NCBI RefSeq assembly: GCF_039654945.1
Contig: NW_027361671.1
Coordinates: 19,778,001-19,842,000 of the forward strand
Length of the DNA stretch: 64,000 nt
Direction: 5' to 3'
From: Dendrobates tinctorius
Taxonomy: Eukaryota
The position numbers and the translations under genes were made by a program. This document shows, one piece after another, positions 40,712 through 50,692 of this stretch (positions within the stretch are counted from its first letter, which is position 1; each line of letters opens with the position of its first letter). The notes under the pieces were generated by a model that was given only the letters and a program-made list of their open reading frames with translations, did no database searches and was not told where the DNA came from.

Positions 40712-41081
40712 GGCTTTAGTGGAAAACCCGTTGGTCGCTTCGTTATGCCACTCCAGGTTCTCCCCGGATTGTGGCACAGTGGTTCCACAACCACATGCGT
40801 AACACAGATGTTTCAAACAGCCTGAAGGGGGCTTCTTCAAAGAAAATAACTGCAAGAAGTACAGGGATTGGACTGCAGATGACAGGGTTAAAGTTATTTT
40901 CTTCAATGAATCTCCATTCAGCCTGTTTGGGAGTTCTGGAAGAATGCATATCTCATCATCTCCTGAAATTTCTAGGATACTAATTTTAGAAGATTTATCA
41001 TTATGACACGGCCTTTAAAAAGGTGGACTTTCATTAACAGAGTCCTACTTTAAATTTCCTTTGTAACTAACAAATAAAGTA

Positions 41082-41463
41082 AAAGAACAGAATAATCCAG
41101 CTCACCGCACTGCCTTGCTGGTAGGATCCAAATCCTGCGCACGGATTTGACTAGGCAGTCAATCAATAGTAAAAAATAGGGAAGAAAGTTCCAGCGCCAG
41201 GAATGGAAAATTAAAAATCCATTTTATTGTGCCAATGCATATTAAAATTCCAGCAGGTACAGCATATCAGTCGGATGACTGCAGAACAACGCGTTTCGAC
41301 GCCTCAGGTCTTAATCATGATTAAGACCTGAGGCGTCGAAATGCGTTGTTCTGCAGTCATCCGACTGATATGCTGTACCTGCTGGAATTTTAATATGCAT
41401 TGGCACAATAAAATGGATTTTTAATTTTCCATTCCTGGCGCTGGAACTTTCTTCCCTATTTTT
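41082..41463 (-). mobile_element. Penelope-like retroelement remnant forming a spacerless palindrome
   Basis: 14-bp TSD taacaaataaagta (41068-41081 / 41464-41477); 148-bp arms centred at 41317/41318; cgaaacgcgtt motif. Confidence 0.65.
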
Positions 41464-41865
41464 TAACAAATAAAGTAGCACTCTGTAACGTTATAACACG
41501 CAAGCATGACATATATGAAATTGGAATTACATTACTGCACTAGAAAATAGGAAAAAAATAAGATACTTGGCGTATAAATTAGCCAATTCATGTGTGCCCA
41601 TTAGCCAACAAGAAGGCTATCCTCTTTGCGGGGAACCTAACCTAAAATGTTACCCTCCTGGGCTGCTAGTCTACAGTTTTGGGTAGGTGGTAACCTGCTG
41701 TGATTAAAAAAGCCATAGGTTGATGGGTGGAGTGCTCAGTCAGAGAGTCTATGTATACAAAATTCAAAGACTGACCATCACTTCCAAACAGAGAACAGGT
41801 GTGAACAAGATATATGGAGGTGACTACTCTTAGTATGCACCTCTTTACACCTGTTCTCTGTTAAA

Positions 41866-42486
41866 AGCCCCCGTCACACATAGCGATCTCGCTAGCTAGA
41901 TTGCTGCTGAGTCACAAGTTTTGTGACGCAACAGCGATCTCACCAGTGAGATCGCAGTGTGTGACACTTACCAGCAACCGGGCCCCCCTGCCGGGTATCG
42001 CTGATCGTCCTGGAATGGCCAGGACATTTTTTTGAATGCTGGTCTCCCGCTGGCCAGCACGCATCGCTGCGTGTGGCAGGCGGGAGACCAGCGATTAGCG
42101 AGCCGGAGCTGGTAACCAAGGTAAACATCGCGTTTCTAAGCGCCACGCGGCGCTTAGAAACCCGACGTGTACCTTAGTTACCAGCACGCTGGTGCAGGGA
42201 GGTGGTAACCAAGGTATACACTGGGTTTCTAAGTGCCGCGCGCAGCTTAGAAACCCGATGTGTACCTTGGTTACCAGCTCCCTGCACCAGCGCGCTGGTA
42301 ACTAAGGTACACAGTGGGTAACTAAGTGACGTGCGTCGCTTGTTACCCGCGTGTAGCTGTCCTGATCGCTGGTGAAGCTGCCTGTTTGACAGCTCACCAG
42401 CGATCATGTAGCGACACACCAGCGATCCTGACAAGTTCACATCGTTGTCGGGATCGCTGGTGAGTCGCTATGTGCGACGGGGCCCT
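41866..42486. mobile_element. Harbinger-like MITE (gccccgtcacacatagcga family)
   Basis: Terminal inverted repeats and internal palindromic repeat units; T/A-rich flanks. Confidence 0.7.
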
Positions 42487-43426
42487 TAAAGTGATGGTCA
42501 GTCTTTGATGTTTAAATTCCCTTTGAGCTTGAGAAGCTTTTCTAAATATAGCTTTATGACTTAACATGAAACAATTTGTTGAAAAATTTCCATACATAAA
42601 ATGTAAAGTTGTTTTCCTGTTTTAGGACATATCGACAAAATATACCTGGTACTGAACTTGGATGTCCCATTCGTGGACTCTAAGTACCCACAGAATAATT
42701 TGATAAAGGTTTCACTCAAGCTTTAATACATTTTTTTAAAGTTCTGTAAAGGACCATATTTCTTGCTTTTGTCTTGTCTAAGTTGTTTCATTATTTATAC
42801 ACAGTGTATTTCCACATATTGTGCACTAGCAATTGGTTTTCAAAACAGTTTTTTTTGCTTAATTTGGATGTATAATTGTTATCAGCTAAGATTTTTTGCT
42901 CCTAGACCACAAGTTATCTTACCTTCACCTCCTTTCGCCCTAAGACGTGTTATATGCAAGAAAAATAGTACTTTACCTAACTTTTACCAAGTCTATGATG
43001 TATACAGTTAGAAATTCTCTGCATATAGATTACATATACAATGCTATTCCATTAGACTTTAGATGTTAATCATATAGCATATAATTACAAAAGCGCACTG
43101 CTCACTGGATCCAGTTAAATCTTTCTGAAGGTCTTTTGCAGTCAAGTGGGGTTTCTGATTTGCCTCTCTAGTAATCCTATGAGGAGCTCTCACTGAAACT
43201 TTGCTTGGTCTTCCAGTCATTATCTTGACCTCCACTGTACCTGTTAACTGCCATTTCTTAATTACATTTTGAACTGAGGAAAGAGCAACTTGAAAACGTT
43301 TTGCTTTCTTCTTATAGCCTTCTCCTGCTTTGTGAGCCTTCACCATTTTCATTTTCAGAGTACTTGGCACCTGCTTAGAAGAACTCATGGCTGCTGTTGT
43401 TTGGCACAAAGATAGAGGTGGCTGGG

Positions 43427-43928
43427 TGTCACAGGGTCCTTCTCCTGTATCACACAATCAACAGAGCGAGGGGAGTGTGAACAATCCCAAGACCTTTATT
43501 ATAGGCAAAATTAGAAGGTCCATAAACAATCCACCACACAGAGGATACAATAGTCCAGAACACGTATTCAGTTCAGTAACGGGATAAAATGTCCAGGGAG
43601 ATGAGAGTCCAAAAATCTAGCAGCCAGAGGATAAAATGGGTCCACACGCTTCCCTTTCTCTCTGACGTGCTGTGTTCACACGATGCTCTCCACACAGGAA
43701 CTAACTTTCCCCTTCCTGTCCTTTCCAGCCCCCTCCCAATGTCCAGGAGTAGTCAGATGGGTTGGGGTGGTTTTCAGGTGCCTGGGATATTAAGACACTA
43801 CAGGGGGTCATCAAGAGACAGATACAGTCAGGCTGCAGACATACAAGGCAACAAGAAAAACACTATGAAAATCAGTGAAATAGAAATATACACAAAATGA
43901 TATCCACGTAGCATATCACACCATCACA
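43427..43928. mobile_element. Solo LTR, 502 bp
   Basis: TG..CA termini and a perfect 5-bp TSD ctggg. Confidence 0.8.
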
Positions 43929-44119
43929 CTGGGTTTTTATAAATCTGGGAAATTTTCATCACCTGCCATTTCCCAATGATGATAGTGAACAAGCCATAAC
44001 CCTAACAGGCTAATTAAGATCTGAAACCTTGGTTAAAGTTATGTGAGCACCAAAATCTGCATCGGCCCATTTTCCTTTTTGTAATTTTTAAAAAGAGGAA
44101 TTTATATATTATATATATA

Positions 44120-45340
44120 CACTCACTGGCCACTTTATTAGGTACACCTGTCCAACTGTGTGTTAAGACTTAATTTCTAATCAGCCAATCACATGGCGGC
44201 AACTCAGTGCATTTAGGCATGTAGACATGGTCAAGACAATCTCCTGCAGTTCAAACCGAGCATCAGTATGGGGAAGAAAGGTGATTTGAGTGCCTTTGAA
44301 CGTGGCATGATTGTTGGTGCCAGAAGGGCTGGTCTGAGAATTTCAGAAACTGCTGATCTACTGGGATTTTCACGCACAACCATCTCTAGGGTTTACAGAG
44401 AATGGTCCGAAAAAGAAAAAAAATCCAGTGAGCGGCAGTTCTGTGGCCGGAAATGCCATGTTGATGCCAGAGGTCAGAGGAGAATGGGCAGACTGGTTCG
44501 AGCTGATAGAAAGGCAACAGTGACTCAAATTGCCACCCGTTACAACCAAGGTAGGCAGAAGAGCATCTCTGAATGCACAGTGCGTCGAACTTTGAGGCAG
44601 ATGGGCTACAGCAGCAGAAGACCACACTGGGTACCACTCCTCTCAGCTAAGAACAGGAAACTGAGGCTAAAATTTGCACAAGCTCATCGAAATTGGACAG
44701 TAGAAGATTGGAAAAACGTTGCCTGGTCTGATGAGTCTCGATTTCTGCTGCGACATTCGGATGGTAGGGTCAGAATTTGGCGTAAACAACATGAAAGCAT
44801 GGATACATCCTGCCTTGTATCAACGGTTCAGGCTGGTGGTGGTGGTGTCATGGTGTGGGGAATTTTTTCTGGGCACTCTTTGGGCCCCTTGGTACCAATT
44901 GAGCATCGTTGCAACGCCACAGCCTACCTGAGTATTGTTGCTGACCATGTCCATCCCTTTATGACCACAATGTACCCAACATCTGATGGCTACTTTCAGC
45001 AGGATAATGCGCCATGTCATAAAGCTCGAATCATCTCAGATTGGTTTCTTGAACATGACAATGAGTTTACTGTACTCAAATGGCCTCCTCAGTCACCAGA
45101 TCTCAATCCAATAGAGCATCTTTGGGATGTGGTGGAACGGGAGATTCGCATCAGGGATGTGCAGCCGACAAATCTGCGCCAACTGTGTGATGCCATCATG
45201 TCAATATGGTCCAAAATCTCTGAGGAATGCTTCCAGCACCTTGTTGAATCTCTGCCACGAAGAATTGAGGCAGTTCTGAAGGCAAAAGGGGGTCCAACCC
45301 CTTACTAGCATGGTGTACCTAATAAAGTGGCCAGTGAGTG
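44120..45340 (+). mobile_element. Intact DD36E Tc1/mariner transposon (Incomer-type), 1221 bp
   Basis: Perfect 29-bp TIRs cactcactggccactttattaggtacacc; sits in a (TA)n tract; single intact ORF. Confidence 0.92.
44268..45308 (+). CDS. DD36E transposase, 346 aa, uninterrupted
   Basis: Paired-like HTH; [16 protein letters not shown] and [11 protein letters not shown] motifs with 36 residues between the second D and E. Confidence 0.92.
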   Translation: MGKKGDLSAFERGMIVGARRAGLRISETADLLGFSRTTISRVYREWSEKEKKSSERQFCGRKCHVDARGQRRMGRLVRADRKATVTQIATRYNQGRQKSISECTVRRTLRQMGYSSRRPHWVPLLSAKNRKLRLKFAQAHRNWTVEDWKNVAWSDESRFLLRHSDGRVRIWRKQHESMDTSCLVSTVQAGGGGVMVWGIFSGHSLGPLVPIEHRCNATAYLSIVADHVHPFMTTMYPTSDGYFQQDNAPCHKARIISDWFLEHDNEFTVLKWPPQSPDLNPIEHLWDVVEREIRIRDVQPTNLRQLCDAIMSIWSKISEECFQHLVESLPRRIEAVLKAKGGPTPY

Positions 45341-45352
45341 TGTATATATATA

Positions 45353-45388
<36 letters not shown>

Positions 45389-45412
45389 TATATACAATAT
45401 ATATATATATAT

Positions 45413-46242
45413 TGTGGTGCAGTGACCACTGTAACAGCTAGGGGGCACTGTATGGGTCATGCACACACGCATATCCATTGTGGTAATGGAGATAGGATGA
45501 ATGGCAGGATGCTAAATGAGCGTTATGTATCCCAGGGGAGGTGGCCCTGGGATGGAAGCTTGAACGAGTGTTGATCAGCAGAGGTACTGCTGAGGTTTTG
45601 TTACAATGTATCAGGGAGAGCTTTCAGGTAGCTGGTTAGTCGGGTGGAACTAGTCACCTACAAACCCACCTAGGGGCGTGTGTATGAAGTAAAGCCTATA
45701 TGTGTGGTTGTGAGTCTGAAGGACCTGCAATGAGGTCATAGCCATATGATGCTGTGGGTGTGGCTACGGACCATATAAGGTGACCAGGGTAGGTCACATG
45801 AGTGCCTGGATCTGATTGGTCCGTGTGGAAAGGTCCCAGAAGGCTGTCGTGCTGGAAGGTGGGTTACCTTCCTGAAGCGCACATGTGGACGCCGCTGACC
45901 GTGTGTGGCCTGTGTTTAATAGCCTGTGAATACTGGACAGTCCCCAGGAGGGAAGGGACGTCAGGTCTGAGAAGCAGCTAAGAGGTAACCCGGTCAGGGG
46001 GAATTAACTGAGACTGTAAAGCCTGGTTGCTGGACAAAGCACAGCCTGTGTAACCACAAGGCTAAGGGAGCGGTTCTCCACTAACAATCTTCATTTGGTC
46101 TGATGTAAGACTGTTGCTGCTATATGGTTTATGCTGCACAATAAACCAGATGGACTGATTTATGTGAACAACCCGTGCCTGACGTGATTAATCCGCTGCC
46201 GAGTAAGTGTCTCCCAACATGAACAATAGGCGCTACCTTACA
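45413..46242 (+). mobile_element. Solo LTR (830 bp) inserted in (AT)n
   Basis: tgt..aca ends, ATAT flanks, TATA-like at ~45774 and AATAAA at ~46140. Confidence 0.7.
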
Positions 46243-46473
46243 ATATATATATATATATATATACAGTATATATATATTGCCTTAAATACAAAGGAAATGT
46301 GTCATCTTTAACTTTAGTTCTTTTAGAGAACATTTCACCTTCAACTTGCTTAACTGTACACAATAACTGTAATTTTGATCAGAGGTGCTCATACTTTTAC
46401 ATGCCATTGTAAGTACCAACATTGTACATTATTACACTATGTAATTAATTTTCACTTGTTCCAAACACTCAAG

Positions 46474-46600
46474 GGTCAACGTGGAAAATCAAGTACTTAA
46501 GTCTGGATTTACCAGTTGTGAACTTACTATATTAGAAAATGATGACCCCGGAGGTGTGTTTGAGTTCTCTCCATTTTACAGAGGACCTTATAGTGTAAAA
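46474..46600 (+). CDS. ADGRV1: ADGRV1 coding exon (RVNVENQVLKSGFTSCELTILENDDPGGVFEFSPFYRGPYSVK), phase 2/0
   Basis: caag acceptor, gtaagt donor, 127 nt; completes the AG+G Arg codon from the previous exon; ENDDPGG motif. Confidence 0.92.
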
Positions 46601-47369
46601 GTAAGTATTTTCTTTCATTTATCTGTTTAATTCATCTGCGGCACCTAAAGGGGTTTTCCCACCAACAAAACTTGATTTTAATCAATAGATCTTGGAATAA
46701 TAAATGTATAGGAATACCGGTGAAAATAAACTAAAAAAAATGCTAGAAAAGATGGACCTGTGTCCTGATATATAATAGTATGGTTCCCGAATAATGTAAG
46801 GAACAATCTCTCCCAGTAGTGTTCGTGAGTTGGACCAGATTGTGTTCCAATGTAAGTATAGGATCCTAGTTCAGTTCTTTGCCACACTTTACCCCTCCAA
46901 AGGAAACTTCATAGGATTCATATTAACAAAAGCTCCAGATTGCTCCAATGTGTTTCATTTGTCAAATCATCAGGGGGGAGATAGAAACTAGAAAGGTGTA
47001 GAGGTCTTATAGAAAACAAGTTGATGGGTGCATACCCATCTTGCGTACAGACCTACTCTACCTACAATCCTACTGTTGCTACATCACTGTACAAATTATC
47101 CCACAACTATCACATCACTGTGCACATTATCTTACTATTACTACATCACTGTTCACATTGTCTTACTATTACTATATCACTGTGCACATTATCTTACTAC
47201 TAGAGTTGAGCGATACCGTCCGATACTTCAAAGTATCGGATCGGAATGGATCGGCCGATCTTAAAAAAAAGTATCGGTATCGCCGATTCCGATACCGGAA
47301 GTCCCATTCAAGTCTATGGGACTTCCGGTATCGGAATAAGAAAAATCCTGTTTTTCCCTTGTACAGCCT

Positions 47370-47530
47370 CTCTGGGGTCTGTACGGGCCTTTCGGGGGGC
47401 TGTGCCGGCCTGCCAGGGGGTCTGTGCAGGCTCCGGTGGTCTGTGCCGGCCTGCCGGGGGGCTGTGCCGGCCTGCCAGGGGGCTGTGCCGGCCTGCCGGG
47501 GGGCTGTGCAGGCTCCGGGGGGCTGTGCAG
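47370..47530 (+). repeat. GC-rich ~22-bp minisatellite (ggggctgtgccggcctgccggg), mirrored at 50930-51110
   Basis: Read directly from the sequence. Confidence 0.85.
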
Positions 47531-47667
47531 GCATCGTCCGATGGGACTACAAGTCCCATCGGGCGATGCCTGCTACCATGACAGTGATTGACACATTAGC
47601 CAATGATGGGACAGTAGTAGTCCCATCATCCGGCTAATGTGTTGAATGTAAAAAAAAAAAAAAAATT

Positions 47668-48310
47668 ACATGCTACATACATACAACATGCATACTACAT
47701 ACATGCTACATTCATACTACATATATACTACATGCAACATACATACTACATATATACTACATGCAACATACATACTACATATATACTACATGCAACATAC
47801 ATACTACATATATACTACATGCAACATACATACTACGTATATACTACATGCATGCAACATACATACTACATATATACTACATACATACTACATATATACT
47901 ACATACATACTACATATATACTACATGCATGCTACATACATACTACATGCTACATACATACTACATATATACTACATGCATGCTACATACATACTGCATG
48001 CTACATGCATACCACATATATACTACATGCATGCTACATACATACTACATGCTACATACATACTACATATATACTACATGCATGCTACATACATACTACA
48101 TGCTACATACATACCACATATATACTACATGCATGCTACATACATACTACATGCTACATACATACTACATATATACTACATGCATGCTACATACATACTG
48201 CATGCTACATGCATGCTACATACATACTACATACATACTACATGCTACATACATACCACATATATACTACATACATACTACATACAATACATTCATACAA
48301 TACATACATA
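47668..48310 (+). repeat. Compound (TACA/TACTACA/CATGC) microsatellite, mirrored at 48945-49518 and 50693-50770
   Basis: Read directly from the sequence. Confidence 0.9.
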
Positions 48311-49518
48311 GACATACAGTACATATAACATAGAGTAACATACTTACCAATACTTGTCACATTGTTCCCCGAAGCCATTGTCTTTTACGGAATAAATATT
48401 AACATAACAAACCACAAAAATACTCACCCACGATCCGAAGCAGTCCACGAGTGTGTCCCACGACGATCTTGGGTAGAGAACTGCAGCATCAGCTGTTGCT
48501 GCCGTTCTCTACGGGCTGCAGGAATCCAATGACGGAAGGTAGGTATCCTTCCGCACTGTATTCCTCCGCCACTTAAAAAAAAAAAAAAGTCCCTAGTCTC
48601 ACTTTATGCCATTGCTGTGTGGGAAATTCCCACGCAGCAATGGCATAAAGTGAGACTAGGGACTTTTTTTTTTTTTAAGTGGCGGAGGAATACAGTGCGG
48701 AAGGATACCTACCTTCCGTCATTGGATTCCTGCAGCCCGTAGAGAACGGCAGCAACAGCTGATGCTGCAGTTCTCTACCCAAGATCGTCGTGGGACACAC
48801 TCGTGGACTGCTTCGGATCGTGGGTGAGTATTTTTGTGGTTTGTTATGTTAATATTTATTCCGTAAAAGACAATGGCTTCGGGGAACAATGTGACAAGTA
48901 TTGGTAAGTATGTTACTCTATGTTATATGTACTGTATGTCTATGTATGTATTGTATGAATGTATTGTATGTAGTATGTATGTAGTATATATGTGGTATGT
49001 ATGTAGCATGTAGTATGTATGTAGTATGTATGTAGCATGCATGTAGCATGCAGTATGTATGTAGCATGCATGTAGTATATATGTAGTATGTATGTAGCAT
49101 GTAGTATGTATGTAGCATGCATGTAGTATATATGTAGTATGTATGTAGCATGTAGTATGTATGTAGTATGTATGTAGTATATATGTAGTATGTATGTAGC
49201 ATGTAGTATGTATGTAGCATGCATGTAGTATATATGTAGTATGTATGTAGCATGTAGTATGTATGTAGCATGCATGTAGTATGTATGTAGTATGTATGTA
49301 GTATGTATGTAGCATGTAGTATGTATGTAGCATGCATGTAGTATATATGTAGTATGTATGTAGCATGTAGTATGTATGTAGTATGTATGTAGTATGTATG
49401 TAGCATGTAGTATGTATGTAGCATGCATGTAGTATATATGTAGTATGTATGTAGTATGTATGTAGTATGTATGTAGTATATATGTGTTATGTATGTAGTA
49501 TGTATGTAGTATATATGT

Positions 49519-50692
49519 TAGAATCATAGAATCGTAGAGTTGGAAGGGACCTCCTGGGCCATCTGGTCCAACCCCCTGCTCAAAGCAGGATTCGCTAAAT
49601 CATCCCAGTTAGATGTCTGTCCAGCCTCTGTTTGAAGACTTCCATTGAAGGAGAACTCACCACTTCTCGTGGCAGCCTGTTCCACTCATTGATCACTCTA
49701 ACTGTCAAAAAGTTTTTTCTAATATCTAATCTGTGTCTCCTCCCATTCAGCTTCATCCCATTGCTTCTAGTCTTTCCTTGTGCAAATGAGAATAAAGTTG
49801 ATCCTTCTACAATGTGACAGCCCTTTAGATATTTGTAGACAGCTATTAAGTCTCCTCTCAGTCTTCTCTTTTGCAAACTAAACATTCCCAAATCCTGCAA
49901 CCTTTCCTCATAAGACAGGGTTTGCAGACCGGTCACCATTCTGGTCGCTCTTTTCTGAACTTGCTCCAGTTTGTTGATGTCTTTTTTAAAATGTGGTGCC
50001 CAAAATTGGACACAATATTCCAGATGAGGTCTGACCAAAGAGGAGTAGAGGGAAATAATTACTTCACGTGATCTAGACTGTATGCTTCTGTTAATACATC
50101 CTAGAATTGCATTTGCCTTTTTTGCTGCTGCATCACACTGTTGACTCATATTCAGTCTGTGATCTATTAGTATACCCAAGTCTTTTTCACATGTGCTGTC
50201 ACTTAGCCCTATTCCTCCCATTCTATATATGCTTTTTTCATTTTTATTGCCCAGATGTAGTACTTTGCATTTCTCCCTGTTAAAAACCATTCTGTTAGTT
50301 GCTGCCCACTTCTCCAGTTTATTTAAATCTTTTTGAATCCTCTCTCTCTCTTCTCTAGTATTAGCTATCCCTCCTAGCTTTGTGTCATCAGCAAATTTAA
50401 TCAGTTTACCCTCAATTCCTTCATCTAAATCGTTGATAAAGATGTTGAACAATGCAGGGCCCAGGACAGAGCCCTGTGGTACCCCACTTGAGACATTCTT
50501 CCAACTGGATGTGCAGCCATTTACGACCACTCTTTGGGTCCGATCACTAAGCCAGTTATGAATCCACCTAACAGTTGCCTTGTCCATTCCATACTTAGTC
50601 ATTTTTTCAATAAGGATTGTATGAGAGACTTTGTCAAATGCTTTGCTGAAGTCAAGATATACTATATCTACAGCATTTCCTTGATCCACCCA
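49519..50692 (-). mobile_element. 5'-truncated CR1 LINE with an intact RT C-terminal frame
   Basis: YLDFSKAFD, SGVPQGSVLGP and KFADDTKL motifs; about 365 open codons; 3' (ATTCTRTG)-like repeats (tagaatcatagaatc on +). Confidence 0.92.

Larger units (their letters stand above)
32591..40804 (+). mobile_element. Solo LTR interrupted by a Tc1 element and by Gypsy family A copy 2
   Basis: tgtcaccg..gcgtaaca ends; CCAAT (~32773) and TATA (~32795) boxes; TSD only partly matching (cagttc/cagatg). Confidence 0.5.
43100..46409 (-). mobile_element. 5' part of a long-TIR Tc1-like transposon carrying three nested insertions
   Basis: N-terminal HTH remnant MSSSKQVPSTLKMKMVKAHKAGEGYKK; TIR at 46278-46409 matches 15400-15532. 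Confidence 0.75.

Noticed and set aside
14945-46409. 3' half (plus) and 5' half (minus) of the same Tc1 family as one element broken by an inversion
   Set aside because: The ADGRV1 exons between and around them are collinear and on one strand, so independent truncated insertions are the simpler explanation.
48621-48631. GGGAAATTCCC NF-kB-like site at the palindrome apex
   Set aside because: It is a single short motif that palindromic symmetry can generate by chance, with no supporting context.
47639-49527. Long His/Thr/Tyr-rich ORFs in several frames on both strands
   Set aside because: They are translations of a stop-free TACA-type microsatellite inside the hAT element. The HTYY leader of the 399-aa CR1 ORF has the same origin.
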